A model generated the notes under the pieces. It did no database searches, had not been told where the DNA came from, and saw nothing but the letters and a program-made list of their open reading frames with translations. A program made the translations under genes and the position numbers. A stretch of DNA of 63,897 nt, the filler included, from Rhizaria sp. SCN 62-66 (Eukaryota): the NCBI GenBank assembly GCA_001724265.1. It is 3 parts of 3 records of this genome, joined end to end, with 100 filler letters (N's around TTAATTAATTAA, not from the genome) between each part and the next. Parts side by side here need not be neighbours in the genome. Positions count along the whole stretch, not along the records: positions 1 to 26,089 come from MEDY01000412.1; positions 26,190 to 51,720 come from MEDY01000413.1; 1 more part is not named here. One strand, 5' to 3'. The first letter of the stretch is position 1. Each line of letters begins with the position of its first letter. This document shows, piece by piece, positions 23,951 through 37,100 of this stretch.

Positions 23951-24702
23951 GTCAGCGAGTATCGAGTGAACGCGCGCGCAAGATACAATGAAGAGTTGAA
24001 GGCGTGGATTAACGGAAAATGAGGAAAGCTGCGCAGTGCAACACAAACGCAGGGTGAGGAGATCTTAGAGTGAGAACCGATTTTTAAAAGTCGGAAATAC
24101 ACGAATACGAAACATTGTTTGAATCTCAAAAGGTTTGATGACAAAATGATGAGGGAAGCGCAAATATGATGTGGCGTCAGGAGTCTCACCGCAGCCATAA
24201 TCTTTCAGTAGCACTTGCGCACGCTGATAGCAGATCCAGAGAATGTAAAAAGAATACCATAGAGGAATATCACGAATAAACCATATAGTTGAATGGCAGT
24301 TGCGTTGACGATTCAGATGTTTCTCACAGAGGCAGTTTGTTCACACCGACTCACTTGACCGCAGCCACGAACGCAGTTGCACTCGGATGAAGCGTCCACA
24401 GACCCTTTTCCTTTTGCAGAGTTTCAGAACAAGAGCGGAGTAAACAAAGACATCAAGATTCCATTAAAGAAATGTGTTATATAGTGTATTCGTTTAGATA
24501 TGACAACGGCGCGTCCTGCCACAGCGACGAAACAACAACGTAGTGAAAGCGCTGTTTGACTCGAGCACCGTTTACAAGCGGCCTGTTGGCCTTCTTTTCG
24601 CAATAATACAGTTACCCAGCCAGTCTTTCAAACCTTCCCAGTCGTGCGTGGCGATATAACGCGTGTCTTGCTTCGCGTGCACTGCTGCTACTGTCGAGGC
24701 GC

Positions 24703-25221
24703 TCACTCGGCGGGGTTGGCGGCGCGGACGGGGCGGAAGGTGATCTCGTTGACGATGTCGCGCGACGTGTCGGTGGCGGCGTTGAAGTTGCGCTTGCCGC
24801 GCACGTAGGGATGCTCGGGCAGCACGGTGTTGGAGGCGACGGCGACGCGAACGCGCTTGCCGTCCTCCTGGCGCATGCGGCGCACCTGCGTCGTCTCGTT
24901 CGTCGCGGGGTCCACCAGCGCGACATTGGAGTAGTGGATGTGGCTCTCGCGCTTGTAGAAGAAACCGTTGCCCGACGACGTGCGCGTGCGCGTGTTGACG
25001 CGCACGTTGACGTCCTTGATGAAGAGCTGGTTGCGCTTGCGGCGCACGGTCTTGACGACGCCCTCCTGACCGGCGTGCGCGCCTGCGATGACGCGCACCT
25101 TGTCGCCCTTAACGATGTTGAACTCGGGGATGATTTCCTTGGCCGTCTGATGGCGGCGCTCCACCAGCTTCAGGTACGCCTTCTTCATCGAACCAGCGAT
25201 GAGACGCTGACCAGAACTCAT
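24703..25221 (-). CDS. MRPL24: Mitochondrial ribosomal protein uL24m
   Basis: KOW motif FNIVKGDKVRVIAGAHAGQEGVV and ESHIHYSNVALVDP, with N- and C-terminal extensions typical of the mitochondrial form. TGA stop. Confidence 0.9.
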   Translation of the reverse strand: MSSGQRLIAGSMKKAYLKLVERRHQTAKEIIPEFNIVKGDKVRVIAGAHAGQEGVVKTVRRKRNQLFIKDVNVRVNTRTRTSSGNGFFYKRESHIHYSNVALVDPATNETTQVRRMRQEDGKRVRVAVASNTVLPEHPYVRGKRNFNAATDTSRDIVNEITFRPVRAANPAE

Positions 25222-25953
25222 TGTGCTTACGACTCTTTTCGGAAAGAACTGCTATGAACAAGCAGAACGAAGGGGAAAAGAAGGGGGTCTAGAGTAGGGA
25301 GGTTGGGAAATGCAGTGGGGTGAGTGCGAGTTTAGCAGGTGGTCCTGATAGCTGTACAGAGCTGTCATGTCAAATGCAAAAATGGGACGTTATAGAACGC
25401 AAGCTTTAGATTACGGCAGTTCACTTTACACTCTATACTGCGCACAAAGAATGCCACACCATACCCTCAAAGTTGACCCCCAACTTTTCGGCAACCGACC
25501 GACCGCAACCGCGCTGCTTGCGGTCGGCCTTTTTTGCGAACCATGCAGAAACAAAGACGAGAGTCACACAGAAAAATGAGTAAACATCAAGCTAAAAGGG
25601 TCATTAACGAGCTATAATAATGCTTACGAGTGATTTAAAGTCAAAGTCAAGGTAGTAGTGAAGGTGATGTTGATATGAAATTGTTTTTGTATAAATGCAA
25701 CGCCATCAAATCAGCTTTTCAGGAAAACCTTTTGGCTTAGAGAAGAAAGTCTGATGCCTCTTGTTTCACCGGCGTGCTCTGTCCACAGGGACACTACAAA
25801 CGACGAGGAGACTTAGTCTCGTCGTCATCGCGCGCGCTGTCTACATAAGCGCGTGCGTGCGTGGGGCTGAACAAAATGTATTCGTCAGCAGTCGTCGTCC
25901 TCACACACCACGTCACGTCTTATTTGACATCTTATTTGACTTAGATGTTAAAT

Positions 25954-26088
25954 TTACGCCTTGCAAGCGCAGCACTCCTGGCCGTTGGCGGCCTGGTACT
26001 TGACGGAGGCCATCACCTCGGCGAACGAGGGGAGGTTCTCGGAGGTCACGGACTCGGAGGCAGAGATCATCGAGGCCTTGACGTTGGC
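25954..26088 (-). CDS. 3' fragment of an unidentified gene truncated by the contig end
   Basis: Open frame ANVKASMISASESVTSENLPSFAEVMASVKYQAANGQECCACKA-TAA with strong GC3 codon bias; AT-rich sequence follows the stop. Confidence 0.65.
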   Translation of the reverse strand, partial: ANVKASMISASESVTSENLPSFAEVMASVKYQAANGQECCACKA

Positions 26089-26089
26089 G

Positions 26090-26189
26090 NNNNNNNNNNN
26101 NNNNNNNNNNNNNNNNNNNNNNNNNNNNNNNNNTTAATTAATTAANNNNNNNNNNNNNNNNNNNNNNNNNNNNNNNNNNNNNNNNNNNN
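26090..26189. other. Artificial contig spacer (N-run, TTAATTAATTAA, N-run)
   Basis: Six-frame-stop linker flanked by Ns; unrelated truncated genes on either side. Confidence 0.98.
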
Positions 26190-26190
26190 C

Positions 26191-26367
26191 TACCGCCGCC
26201 GCACCTACCGCGCTCACGGCCGTATCAACAAGTACGAGTCCTCCCCCTCGCACATCGAGCTCTACCTCACTGCCAAGCCCCAGGCTGTCGCCCGTGGCCA
26301 GCAGGAGGGCAAGGGCAAGAAGGTCGGCAAGAAGCTCACTTCTGGCGCTACCGTTTCCGCCCTCTAA
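26191..26367 (+). CDS. RPL17: 60S ribosomal protein L17 (uL22), C-terminal fragment
   Basis: Translates [27 protein letters not shown]...[18 protein letters not shown] is the eukaryotic uL22 signature. Confidence 0.95.
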   Translation, partial: YRRRTYRAHGRINKYESSPSHIELYLTAKPQAVARGQQEGKGKKVGKKLTSGATVSAL

Positions 26368-26821
26368 GCGCTTTGTCGCCTCAGGCTTCGCTGCTGTCAA
26401 AGCAACAACAATAACAACAATGGCAACTCCTAAGTACTCTGAGCAGCAGTCTCTACTGCTTCGTCGTGCTTTGTAGGAGTAGTAGTTGTTGTAATTGTGT
26501 TGCTGTGTGTGTGCTTGTATGAATGATGAGTAACATACCCAAAACTCTTACCTAAATACAATTCAGTCCTTAAACAAAAATGCTCCCAATCAATACCATA
26601 GCTATCTTGACACTTGTGACCATACTTCAATTTAACAGGATACTTGAAATCTTGTTATAATGCTAAATGAAATGAAACAAACATATTATTGTGTATTTGA
26701 CACTATGATTAGTTATTGTAAAACAGACTTATATAACTCAATTTCTCATATCTCAACTATATATTTCTCGTTTACTACAACGGCGCAGCTGCTGCCTAGC
26801 TCTTTGCTCACTGCTCACTGT

Positions 26822-29434
26822 TCACTGCTGTTGCTGCGGCGCATTGGGATTGGGCGCCGCCGGCGCGGCCGGCTTGATCCAGTTGTCGAACCTGGTGGTG
26901 ACCTCGACGGGCCGGCGGGTGCGCTCGACCTCGGCCGCGCGCTCGCGGCGCCGCTGCGCCTCGGCCGCGGCCACGGCCCGACGCTATTCGTGTGCCCGCG
27001 CCAGCGCCCGCTCCGCGCTGCCACGGGAGAGGTGCGCATCAGAGTCGTCAGCGTTGTCGTTCCCATCGGTCTGGGGCTGTTGGGGGATCTCGGCGCCGTC
27101 GGCTACGCTATTGCTCTTGCTGTTGTTGTTGCTGTTGTTGCTGTTCCGCTTAGAGCCCGGGGCAGCGCCAGCGTTAGCGAAGATGCCGCTGCCGTTGCTA
27201 GTCACGCGGCTCTTCTCCAGCAGTAGCTTCACCTGTTGCCGCATCGACAGCGCACGCTTGACGGGCTTGCCCCGGCCGCTCTGAGGCTGAGACTGCGACT
27301 GCGCATTCGTGTCGTCGTCGTCGTTGTTGCCGTTGCAGTTTTTGTCTTTGTTCTGGATATTGTTCGTGCTGCGCTGCGCGGTCGCTGTGGCGGCCCAACC
27401 CGTACGCGCCCGGTCATGCTCGGCGCCCTGCCGCGCCTCTTTGACGCCGCGCACATCGCCCAGGTGTGGGAACGCGCCCCCCGCCCCCTTACTATGGGCT
27501 GCGCGGCGCACGGCGCGCGTCTGCTGCAGCAGCTCCGGAGAGAAGGGCAGGTCATAGCCGCCCAGGGCGGGGTATTCCGGGCTCACCACGGGATGGTAGA
27601 CCCACTCGGTGCCGAACGTCGACGCGCTCGGCTTATCCTCCTCCTCATCATCATCATTACCGTCGCCGTCGCCGTTGTTAGCATCGTCAGGCTTTTGTTG
27701 TTGCTCCTGCGCTTGCTTTTGCTGAGAACTCTGATCATGTTGATTTTCAGCATCGTTGTCATTGTTCTCAGAAGCCGCAGCACCGTTTTCGCTGTTGCTG
27801 TTCTGGTCCACATGGCCGTTATCGGCGGCCTGTTGCGCCAGCGCGACCCGGTTGTCGGCCTCCCGGCGCCTCTGCGCGGCCCGCTCCAGCTCGGCCCGTA
27901 CGGCCGCCAGCGCGGCCTCCACCTCGGCCTCGCTCATCGGGTCCTCGAACGGGCTGGGGAAGGCGGCCGCGGGCGGCGCCGCGACCTCGACGTTGCTGAC
28001 GTAGGACGCCCACGCGCGGTCGATGTGGCGCGCGTAGCGCGGCAGCGTCTCGGCGGGCAGCGGCGTCGCGGCCGTCAGCGGCGCCGGCGGCGCGACGGAC
28101 CGCGGCCGACTGTTGTACCGCATCGCCAGCGCGCGCTGATGCTCGGGCCCCCACCGCTTCCGCGCCTTGGCGTGCGCGTGACTCGGGGGGTGCGCGGTGC
28201 TGGTGCTGCTGTTGTAGCTGTACGACGAGGTGGTTGTCGGGCGGCGTGAGGCCGAGAACGGGGTCGGTGGGGGCAGAACGGGGTAGTACACGACTTGCTG
28301 CTGCTGCTGCTGTTGTTGTTGCTCTTGAAGCAGTTGTTGTTCGCGCTGTTGTTGTTGCATCGCACGGTCGCGTTGCTGAGAAGCGCGGAATGCGGGGTGG
28401 TAAACGACCGCGACAGTTGTCGTATTGTTGTTGTTGTTATTGTTGTTGTTATTGTTATTGATACTCTCGACTAGCGCGTTGCTGTTAGGATCATTACTGT
28501 TATTGTTGCTGTTGTCAAAGTCACCATTGTTGTAGTTGTTGCTATGATCATTATCGATGTTGTTGTTAAAGTTAGCGTGGGAGCCGTAGCTCCGGAAGCT
28601 GTTGGTGCTGCTGCTTGCAAGCAGCATGCCGCTAGAGCTCGTGGGGCTTGCTTGAGGCGACTGCTGCTGCTGCTGCTGCTGCTGCTGCTTCTGCATCGTA
28701 ATCAGCTGCCTTTCACTGCCACTGCGGCTGTAATCGCCATTACTCCTCGGTGAGCCGTCGTTGGCCTTGTTGCTGCTGCTGTTGCCGAGCTTCGCGGTGC
28801 GGCGGCGGTCAATTTGCGCGATGCTGCGCCTGAGCGCGTCTGGGTCCGGCACAAGCGCGGGCGGCAGCAGCCCCGCCCGGGCGACGGCCGTCAGCCCGCC
28901 CGGCAGCAGCGTCGCCTTGCTCGTCGAGGCCAGCGACGACGCCGTGGCCAGCGGCGAGAGCAGGTCGGGCGCGCCCGCGCTGCCCAGCGGGCCTGGCGGG
29001 AAGTAGTTGGTCAGCGTCGTGCTGGCCAGCAGCGCCGAGTCGCGCGCGCCCGCCGACAGGGCCAGCGAGGAGCGCAGCGTGCGCTGCGGCACCGAGCGGT
29101 CGCGAAACGGCGTGCGCGCAGAGAACTCGCTGCTGCTATTAATACCATTGCTGCTGGAGCTAGGGTTGAAGCGCGCGGGGGACGGCAGAGAGACTGGGGC
29201 GGCGGCAGCGGCGGCGGCGGTGTAAGGCCGGGCGGATTGAGAGCCTGCAGCAGCAACGTTGCGGTGTGCTGCTGGAGAAGGCGCGGGGACAGCGACAGAG
29301 CTCGAGCTTGTCGTAGAGCGGCGGAGAGGCGTGGCGGCTGAGGCTGTCGGGAGCGCGGCGAGGTCGCGGGCAGGCGGGAAGTCTGAGGCAAAGGGGGCGC
29401 GGAGCTGCCGATACTGGGCCAGCCCGTCAGACAT
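26822..29434 (-). CDS. Hypothetical Q/N-rich, partly coiled-coil protein; in-frame TAG at 26984-26986, probable true stop TGA at 26822-26824
   Basis: 816-codon ORF, then TAG, then 53 more strongly GC3-biased codons (RRAVAAAEAQRRRERAAEVERTRRPVEVTTRFDNWIKP...QQQQ). Composition turns AT-rich only after the TGA. Confidence 0.75.
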
Positions 29435-30783
29435 GCTGCACGGAACGAATTAACGCTTAAAAAGCGCGGACTAGTAGACTACACAAACGCGAGTGAGTCG
29501 GCGTAAAAAGACTGTCGAAGGTGAAAAGGTCCTCCGGGGCTACACGTGGCGGGAGCGATGAGAGGGTTGAGGCAAGAGTGGGTGAGCGGGCGCGGAAGCA
29601 AGACCAACGTGTTCATGTGATTAACGCGCTTCCAACGCGAATTAAAAGAGATACAAAAAGAATTAATTGTTTAACGGCCATTGCATTAAGTTAAAACGCT
29701 AGAGACCGAATATTTGAATGAGATAATTGAAGAAAAGAAACGACGATCCGAAACCGCCCAATCATGCGACGCAGCAAGCGGTCCTCGGAGTCAGTCAATA
29801 AAAATACCCTCAATAACAGTAAAACATTTGTATCGTAATATATAATAAATTATTTAAATGCAAAATAATATCTTATAATGGATAAATATTATTTATGACA
29901 TTTTATTGATTGCGGAAACATAATTATTTCGATTCAAATTAAATGCAATAATATTTCCTAAAAAAATTATTAATAATTTATTTGTTTTATATATACTCTA
30001 TCACGTTTTTTCAAAATGGTCTCGTTGGTAAATCACTTTTGAGATATTGAAGCCCTTTCACAAATAAAAAGCAGTTAGAACATTTTAAATATATTTAAAA
30101 AACACATTATGATATTAAAACTTTAAAAAGCATTATCAATATGTGCATAAAAATATATTAGCAATATGTAAAATATATCGTTTTATTTAGGTTAATAAAT
30201 AATCAAAGAGTTTTATAATATTTAATTGACCGTTATCTATTTCTTTCATGTGACTTAAATTTCATTAAGATACGTTGTATTCGTCTCTCTCCTAAACGTT
30301 GGACACCGACAACACCGACATCAAAGTTGGAGATACTGTTTATATTGACATGAAACTTCAGAGCCTGCAGTTGTGGTTGATTATTTTGGATCATTTATTT
30401 GCATTACGTATATCAGTATTAAATGACGTTAAAGACGTTAAAAGACGTTTACGCTGTTTACACACAGGCAGTCTGAAAAATCTCCAGCTCTGGGTGAGCT
30501 TCGTTCTCAACATTCCGGAGATGATTATCTTGTTCCTTTCGTCCGTGAGCGCTTATGTCTGTTTTGATTATGTGTATTAGACATTGTATTGTATATCCCT
30601 TTTAATTTCTACCTTCTTATCTGTCTCGTGCGGTATCCTGCATAAACGTCGTGTTCCGTAGTGTCCGTCCGCATTGCGTCCTCACCACACCAACTCCATT
30701 ACATCCGGTCGCCCTGCTTCCACCCTTTTCGCCTCTATTTCTCTTGCCCGCTACCCACACATATTCTACCTTCAGTAAGTTTC

Positions 30784-31893
30784 ATGTCCGGCCTTGACCC
30801 GATCACCAACACGCTCATCGGCGCCATCGCGGGCGTCCTCGAGGTGACCGTGAACCAGCCCCTGATCTTCTTCAAGAACGCGCTCCAGACCAAGATGGCG
30901 ATCCCGAAGAACCCGCTGACCTGGTACCGCGGCTACGCCGTCAACGCTGGCTCCCTCGCGCCCATCACGGCCATCCAGGTTGCCGCCTCGGGCCTCTACT
31001 ACGACCTCCTCTTCGCCCCCAAGGTCTCCCCCACCACCTCGTCCTCCGCCGCCGTCTCGGCCGCGGCGACAGCCTCGCCGTCACTGTTCGCCAACGCGAC
31101 CTCGGCGATGCTGGCCGGCATGACCTCAGGCCTCGTCTCGGGCCCCGCCGAGAGCGTCATCCTGCAGCAGCAGTTCACTGGCGCCAACGCCGTCGACACG
31201 CTCAAGCGCATGGCCGCCGAGGCGGGCGCGCGCAGCGTCTACCGCGGGACGTCCTACGCCATGTTCCGCGACGGCGTCTTCACCGCGGGCTTCATGGCGC
31301 TTGGCCCCTTCCTCTCGCGCTCCTTCCGCCCCCTCTTCGCCGCTAAGTCCGGCAAGCCCGCCGCCGGCGCTGACGGACCTGTGACCGTGTCGGCGGCGGG
31401 GGAGCTCGCGGCGCGCCTGCTGGGCGGCTCCACGGCCGGCGTCGTCGCCGCGGTCGCTACGCACCCCGCGGACACGATCAAGACGCGCTACCAGAGCGAC
31501 TTCCGCGCCACCAAGTACTCCTCCCTCGCTCAGGTACGCATGAGCAACGCATCAGTTACTCTGTTTGTTTGTAGTTGAGATGTAAACGTCGTACAACGAT
31601 CGTACTTTATTCATTGTTTATGATATAATGGTCGACTTGTACAGTTTTTTCCTCACATTTCGCTTGATTTTGCTTCTTTTTCTATATTTTGCCTCTTTTT
31701 GCACGCCTTCCCATCCATTGGCATTTCGTCTCTTCGCGTCTGCCACGACACACAGATCGTCAAGGAGGGCAAGCTGTTCGCGGGGCTGTCCGCGCGTGGT
31801 CTGCGCGTCGTCATCGGCGTCTGCATCATCAGCAACTTCACCGACATCGCCACCCAGTACGCGCTCAAGTACAAGGCCGAGAAGGCCCACTAA
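30784..31893 (+). CDS. Mitochondrial carrier family (SLC25) protein, about 295 aa
   Basis: Exons 30784-31533 and 31756-31893 (GTACGC...ACACAG). Three carrier repeats QPLIFFKNALQ, GPAESVILQQQ, HPADTIKTRYQ, with WYRG, VYRG and LFAG motifs. TAA stop. Confidence 0.9.
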
Positions 31894-34132
31894 GCGAGGG
31901 AGCGAGCTTCGGAATCGGACTATTTTGAAGTATATTGGATGGAATTTGTGGCCACGGGTGTTTCAGTCTGCGCAGCAGTCATGGCAGCAGCAGCAGGAGC
32001 GCGCTAGTCAGAGATTGCTGTTGCTGCTGTTGACACAAGGGCTGCGTTTCTATTGCTGTCAAGGGAAGATTATGACAACAACTTAATGAAGCGGTGAAAC
32101 AAAACATTGTAGTTGTCGCAGTTGTTGTTGCTGTTGTTGTGGGTTGTCATTGTTGTCTCTTTGTTTGTTGTTTGTACTACACCGGTCAGTCACTCATCAT
32201 TATCGCACCACCACTCGTCATCATAATCATAATCTGCAAATCAATGTGGAGTTATTTATGCTATTTTTATGTCTTATGCGTTGAGATCAGACTGCTCTCA
32301 TTGCGCTAGTTTTGTTTTTGTTTCTGATTATTTTTATTATCATCATTAACTGTTTCTACAAATATGTAGTTCATGCCGGGTTCAATCTTATGTCGACCCA
32401 AAGTATACATAGAGGGAAAGTTTAATCACCGTCTAGTCACTCGCTTATTCTGGGATATTTCGATGATCTCATGATCAGGTAAAACGAGAAAAGGGAATCA
32501 CGTGTTGTATTAATATAAAAGAAAAATGGCGACCGATTTGTACGTATCGTTATCGTCAAACATGAGTTCGTGATAATTATTAACAAAACAAGTTAAATTA
32601 GCGTTACTAATCGTATCATTACCACCAAAGTAACCGTCATTCATCACATTCAATCTCAGTCACAAGTTGCAGTCACAATCCTGCAACCGCCAGCGTGTCG
32701 GCTGCGGCGCTGTTCCTCAGTGGTCATAATGATGCAGGCAGAGCTAAAGCAAAGCACAAGTCGCGTTGCTGCCAGTTCAAGCAGTCATCGTTCCACACTC
32801 AGACGCAAACACAGACGCATACACAGCAGTGCATACACATAGCATGCAGTGTTCACAGACAGCACATAGGCTGCAGTGAGCCGTCAAAAGCAGCGGACTG
32901 AGTCATGCAAAGCCTGTGGCTCCAGCTGCGGTTGCCGCTGCGCGTTATGCTCTACGATCACAGTGAAACAGCCACCACTCTACGGACGGGTCAGTGCAAA
33001 GCAGCACGGGTCGAGAGCGAGACACAGTTCGCACTGTAATGCGCTGCCAGAAGCAGCGAAACAGTCACAATCAAAACTGTGAAGGGCCTTCACAGCACAG
33101 TACATCAGCAGCAGCAGAGACATGCGGAAACACTCGTGGTTGGAGCTGATTGATGTAATTCTAGATCAAACGAGCTACAAGGAGCGAGACGAGATGACAT
33201 TGATGAGGATTCGAGTCGGTTCGAGGAGATAATATAAAAGTAGGTAGTTACACACTATTTACACACACGACAGTCGCTGTAATTATGATTGTTGTTGTTG
33301 TTGGTGTTGTCGTTCTTGTTTGCTGCACAACCGTCGTCGTCGTTGCTGTTGCGTTCACGGTAATATCATACACAAACTCGACGGCTGCAGGCAAACAAGC
33401 TACGGACAGGCAGAGGGGGAGTAAAAGAGACAAACTGAAATACAAAAAACACACACAGACAGAAACAAAACGGCAAGCAACAGCAAACTTGCAAAAAGTA
33501 AAGCAATAAAACATACAAACTAACACACCCCACGCACGCACACACAGAAGGAAACGGCAAGAGTATTCAATAACCAAACAAACGAGCATAAAAAAGGGAC
33601 AAGAGGAAAAACAAACACATAAAAAGAAATAAGAAGGATCATCAAAAAATAATGACGTATGAACAGATTGCAATACATTATGGACATATACACATGAGTG
33701 CGTGAGTGAGGGTGTGACTTAGTCAAGCGAGGCGGCTTGTGTGACGGTGAAGTTAAGCCGCCCCTGATAGTGCTGCACAAACAATGTAAGTATTAGTAAT
33801 ATGACTACTTTGAAATCGCAGAACAAAATCCGTCCCGTGTAAGTACTCGTGCACGTGTCTGTGTCTTAGTGATAAGCAAGAGTAAGATATACGCATGGTG
33901 AGTGTAAGTGTTAATCAAGGACGCTTACACTTCTTGAAACCGACAAAGATGCTTACGACTGACGGAAACACACAGCGCACACAGAGATACGACTAGGAAA
34001 CATGGAGGACAAAACTGGATTAATAGGAAGCAAAAAGAGAAAAACAAAACCAACCAAAGCAAACATCGGAAACCAGCATCAACAAAGAACGACGGCTCTC
34101 AGCTTTTGCAGCTGCAACGATACAATGTGCAG

Positions 34133-37100
34133 TTACTGCCTGCTGTTGCTGTTGTTGTAGTTGTTGTAGTTATTGCTGAAGAAGATGCTGCCGTTGAGCG
34201 ACCGCGGGCTCGGCATGTCCAGCTGCACCGTCGGCTGTCCCTGTCCCTGCTGCTGCTGCTGCTGAGACTGAGACTGCGGTTGCGGGGGGTGGTACTGCTG
34301 ACTGGGAGTGCCCTTACCGTTGCCACCGACCCCGCCGACCGCAGCACCAGCAGCAGCGGCAGCGGCGGCACTCCCAGGCTGCGTCCCAGGCAGCGGCAGC
34401 GGCCTGCGGAGGGGCCGCGCAGTGTTGAGCAGCGGCGGCGGGTACGGGGCGCCTGCCTCGGCCGTCTCGGCCGCCGCGGCCCGGATCAGCCGCTGTGTGA
34501 TGGCCACGAAGCCGCCGCCGCTGCCGCTGCCGCCGCTGCCGTTGCCGCCGCCACTGCTGTCACTACTGCCGCTGCCGCTGCCGCTGCTGCTGCTGGTGGG
34601 GGTGTTGCTGTTGGCGACAAAGCGTGTGGCCGAGGCGGGCGTCGTGCTGCCGCCCCCGGCCGGGCCCCCGCTAGCGCTGACGCTGGAGCCGAGGCCAGCG
34701 GCGGTGTTGTTGTTGCTGGCGGCGCCAGCGGCGGTGGCGGAGGCCGAGGCAGGGCCAGGCGCCCTCAGAGCGGCATTGGCAAGCCCAGTCGAGGTCGGGT
34801 TAACGGCGGAGGTGGCGCTGGCCGCAGTCGGAGCATTCGCGCCAACGCCGGCGTTGGCGCTACGGTAGAAGCCCCCCGGCGTGGAAGTCAGGCCGCCCCC
34901 GCCGGCGGTGGCGGAAGCTAGGCCGCCCGCGAGCCCCAGCCCCAGTCCAGTGCCGATGCCGCCGCCGATGGCGCCCAGGGCGCTGAGGCCCAGAGACTGC
35001 GCCTGCGCCTGGGCCTGAGCCTGCGATTGTGCGTGGGCCTGGGCGAAGGCGGCCAGCCGGGCGCTGTTGCCGCTGCCGCCGGCGCCGTTGCTGCCGGGGC
35101 CGGCGTTAGCAGCAGCAGCAGCAGCGGCAGCGGCGATGGCGGCGCCGGCGGCAGCGGCGTTGGCTGCAGAGGCGCTGTTGGCGGTGTTGTTATTAGAGAG
35201 GAGAGGGACGTGTTTCGAAATCAAGCCGGGGGTGCCGAGACCAAGCCCGAAGCCGCCGCCTGCCAACATGCTTGCCGTCATGCTGCCGCCGCCGCCCAAG
35301 CCGCTGGCGTTGGCGCCCGCAGAGCTGGCGGAGCTGTTGTTGTTGATGCTGCTGTTGCTGCCACCGAGGGCCGAGAGCGAGATGGCCGGCGACTGCAGCG
35401 GGAAAGTTAGGCCGCCCGGGGACGAGGGGAAGGGAACTGCTCCGCTCGAGCTGCCGCCACCAACAGCATTGCTACCGTTGAGGTGAGCGTGGCTCGCCCC
35501 GAGCAGGCGCGACAGCGAGCGGCTACTGCTCGTGCTGCTGCTGCCGCCGCCGCCGACGGCGTTGTTGCTGTTGCTGTTGAGGGGCAAAGCTCCGGAACCA
35601 GCGCCCGCGCCCGCGCCTGCGCTAGCGCCGACCGGAGTCGTCAGAGGCAGCGGAATCGGACCGGCCAGGGTGGTGGCGGCGCCCGGGCCGCCGCCGTTGG
35701 AGTTGGGGCCGCTGGCGGCGTTGCTTAAAGTCAGGCCGCCGTAGGCGCCGCCGGCCAGGGCCATGGCGGAGGCGGTCGGAGTCTGGCCCTGCATCTGCAG
35801 CTGCATCTGCATCTGGAGCTGAAGCTGCTGGGACTGAGACAGAGACTGAGACTGCTGCTGCTGCTGTTGCTGCTGGCGGGAGCGGGGGAAGAGCAGGGGG
35901 GAAGTCAGGCCGCCCGCGCCCGCGACGGGAGCAAAGCCGCCAGAGGTACCGCCGCCGGGCATGATGATGCCGCTGACGCCGCTCGTGGAAGTTAGGCCGC
36001 CGACGGAAGTTAAGCCGATCGCGACAGAAGCACTACCATTCACAGTCTCATTACTGTTGGCGTTACCAACATTGTTACTGTTGTTGTTACTGTTGGTGGC
36101 GTTGCTGTTGCTGTTGTTGGCGAGTAAGGGTGACAGCGCGCTGAAGCTGGCCCCGGGCGACAGCACCAAGGGGATGCTCGCCATGCCCGCGGCTGCAGCG
36201 CCAGAGTTGCCTGCGCTGGCTGCGCTGGCGTTGTTGGCAGTGACGTTGGCGGCAGCAGTCACGAGCCCGAGGCCCAAGCCCCCGCCCTGCTGCTGCTGCT
36301 GCTGCTGCTTGTTGTTATTGTTGGCGACGCCTGAGCTGCTGCTGCTGCTGCTGCTGAGCGCGCGAGAAATGCTCGTGGTGCTGCCAGGCTGAGCCGCGGG
36401 CGCGGACACCCCCGCCGCGGCGTTCGCAGCGGCGGAGTTATTGTTGTTGTTGATGTTGTTGCTGTTGCGGAGGGGCAGCGGCAGCCCCAGGCCGCCGCCG
36501 GTGCCCGCCAGTGCGGCGCTACTGCTGTTGTTGTTGTTGTTGCTAGAGCTAGTGCTCATGACGCTGCTGGGGGCCCTGGCGAGGCCGCCCGCGTTGCCGC
36601 CGCTGGCGACATTGCCGTTGCCATTGCTGTTGTTGTTGTTGTTGTTGCTGCTGCTGCCAGAAGCAAAGGCACGATCAGTCCTCGCCTCGCCAGCAGCAGC
36701 AGCGGCGGCGGCGGCAGCTTCGTCGTTGCTGTTGCTGTTGCTGTACAGAACGCTACTGCCACTGCTGCTCCCGCTGCTAATATTGTTGCTACTGCTGCTG
36801 CTGAGATTGCTGCTGCCGCTCGCGTCGGCCCCCGCCTCGCCCTCAGCAGCCTCGTGCGCGCCGCCCGTGAGAGCGCCAGCGCCAGCATGGCCGCCGCCGT
36901 TACCGCCGCCGTTGCCGCCGAGCGACTCCTCGAGGACGTTCATGAGGCGGTGCACCGTGCCGCGGCGGAAGTACAGGCACGCGACGCAGTTGCGGCTCGA
37001 GAGCGTCTTGACGGTGAAGTCGGGTAGGAAGGGGTGTCGCTCATCGCTCTTGCTGCACGCCTTGCCCTTGTAGAAGCCCACGCCCGCCTTGGTCGCGGCC

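Noticed and set aside
26090-26189. TTAATTAATTAA palindrome within N-runs (also 51721-51820) and ORFs crossing it
   Set aside because: Artificial six-frame-stop linker; adjacency across it has no biological meaning.
31894-34132. Short hydrophobic or Cys-rich ORFs between convergent genes
   Set aside because: They derive from GTT/CA-type simple repeats; more likely long 3' UTRs.
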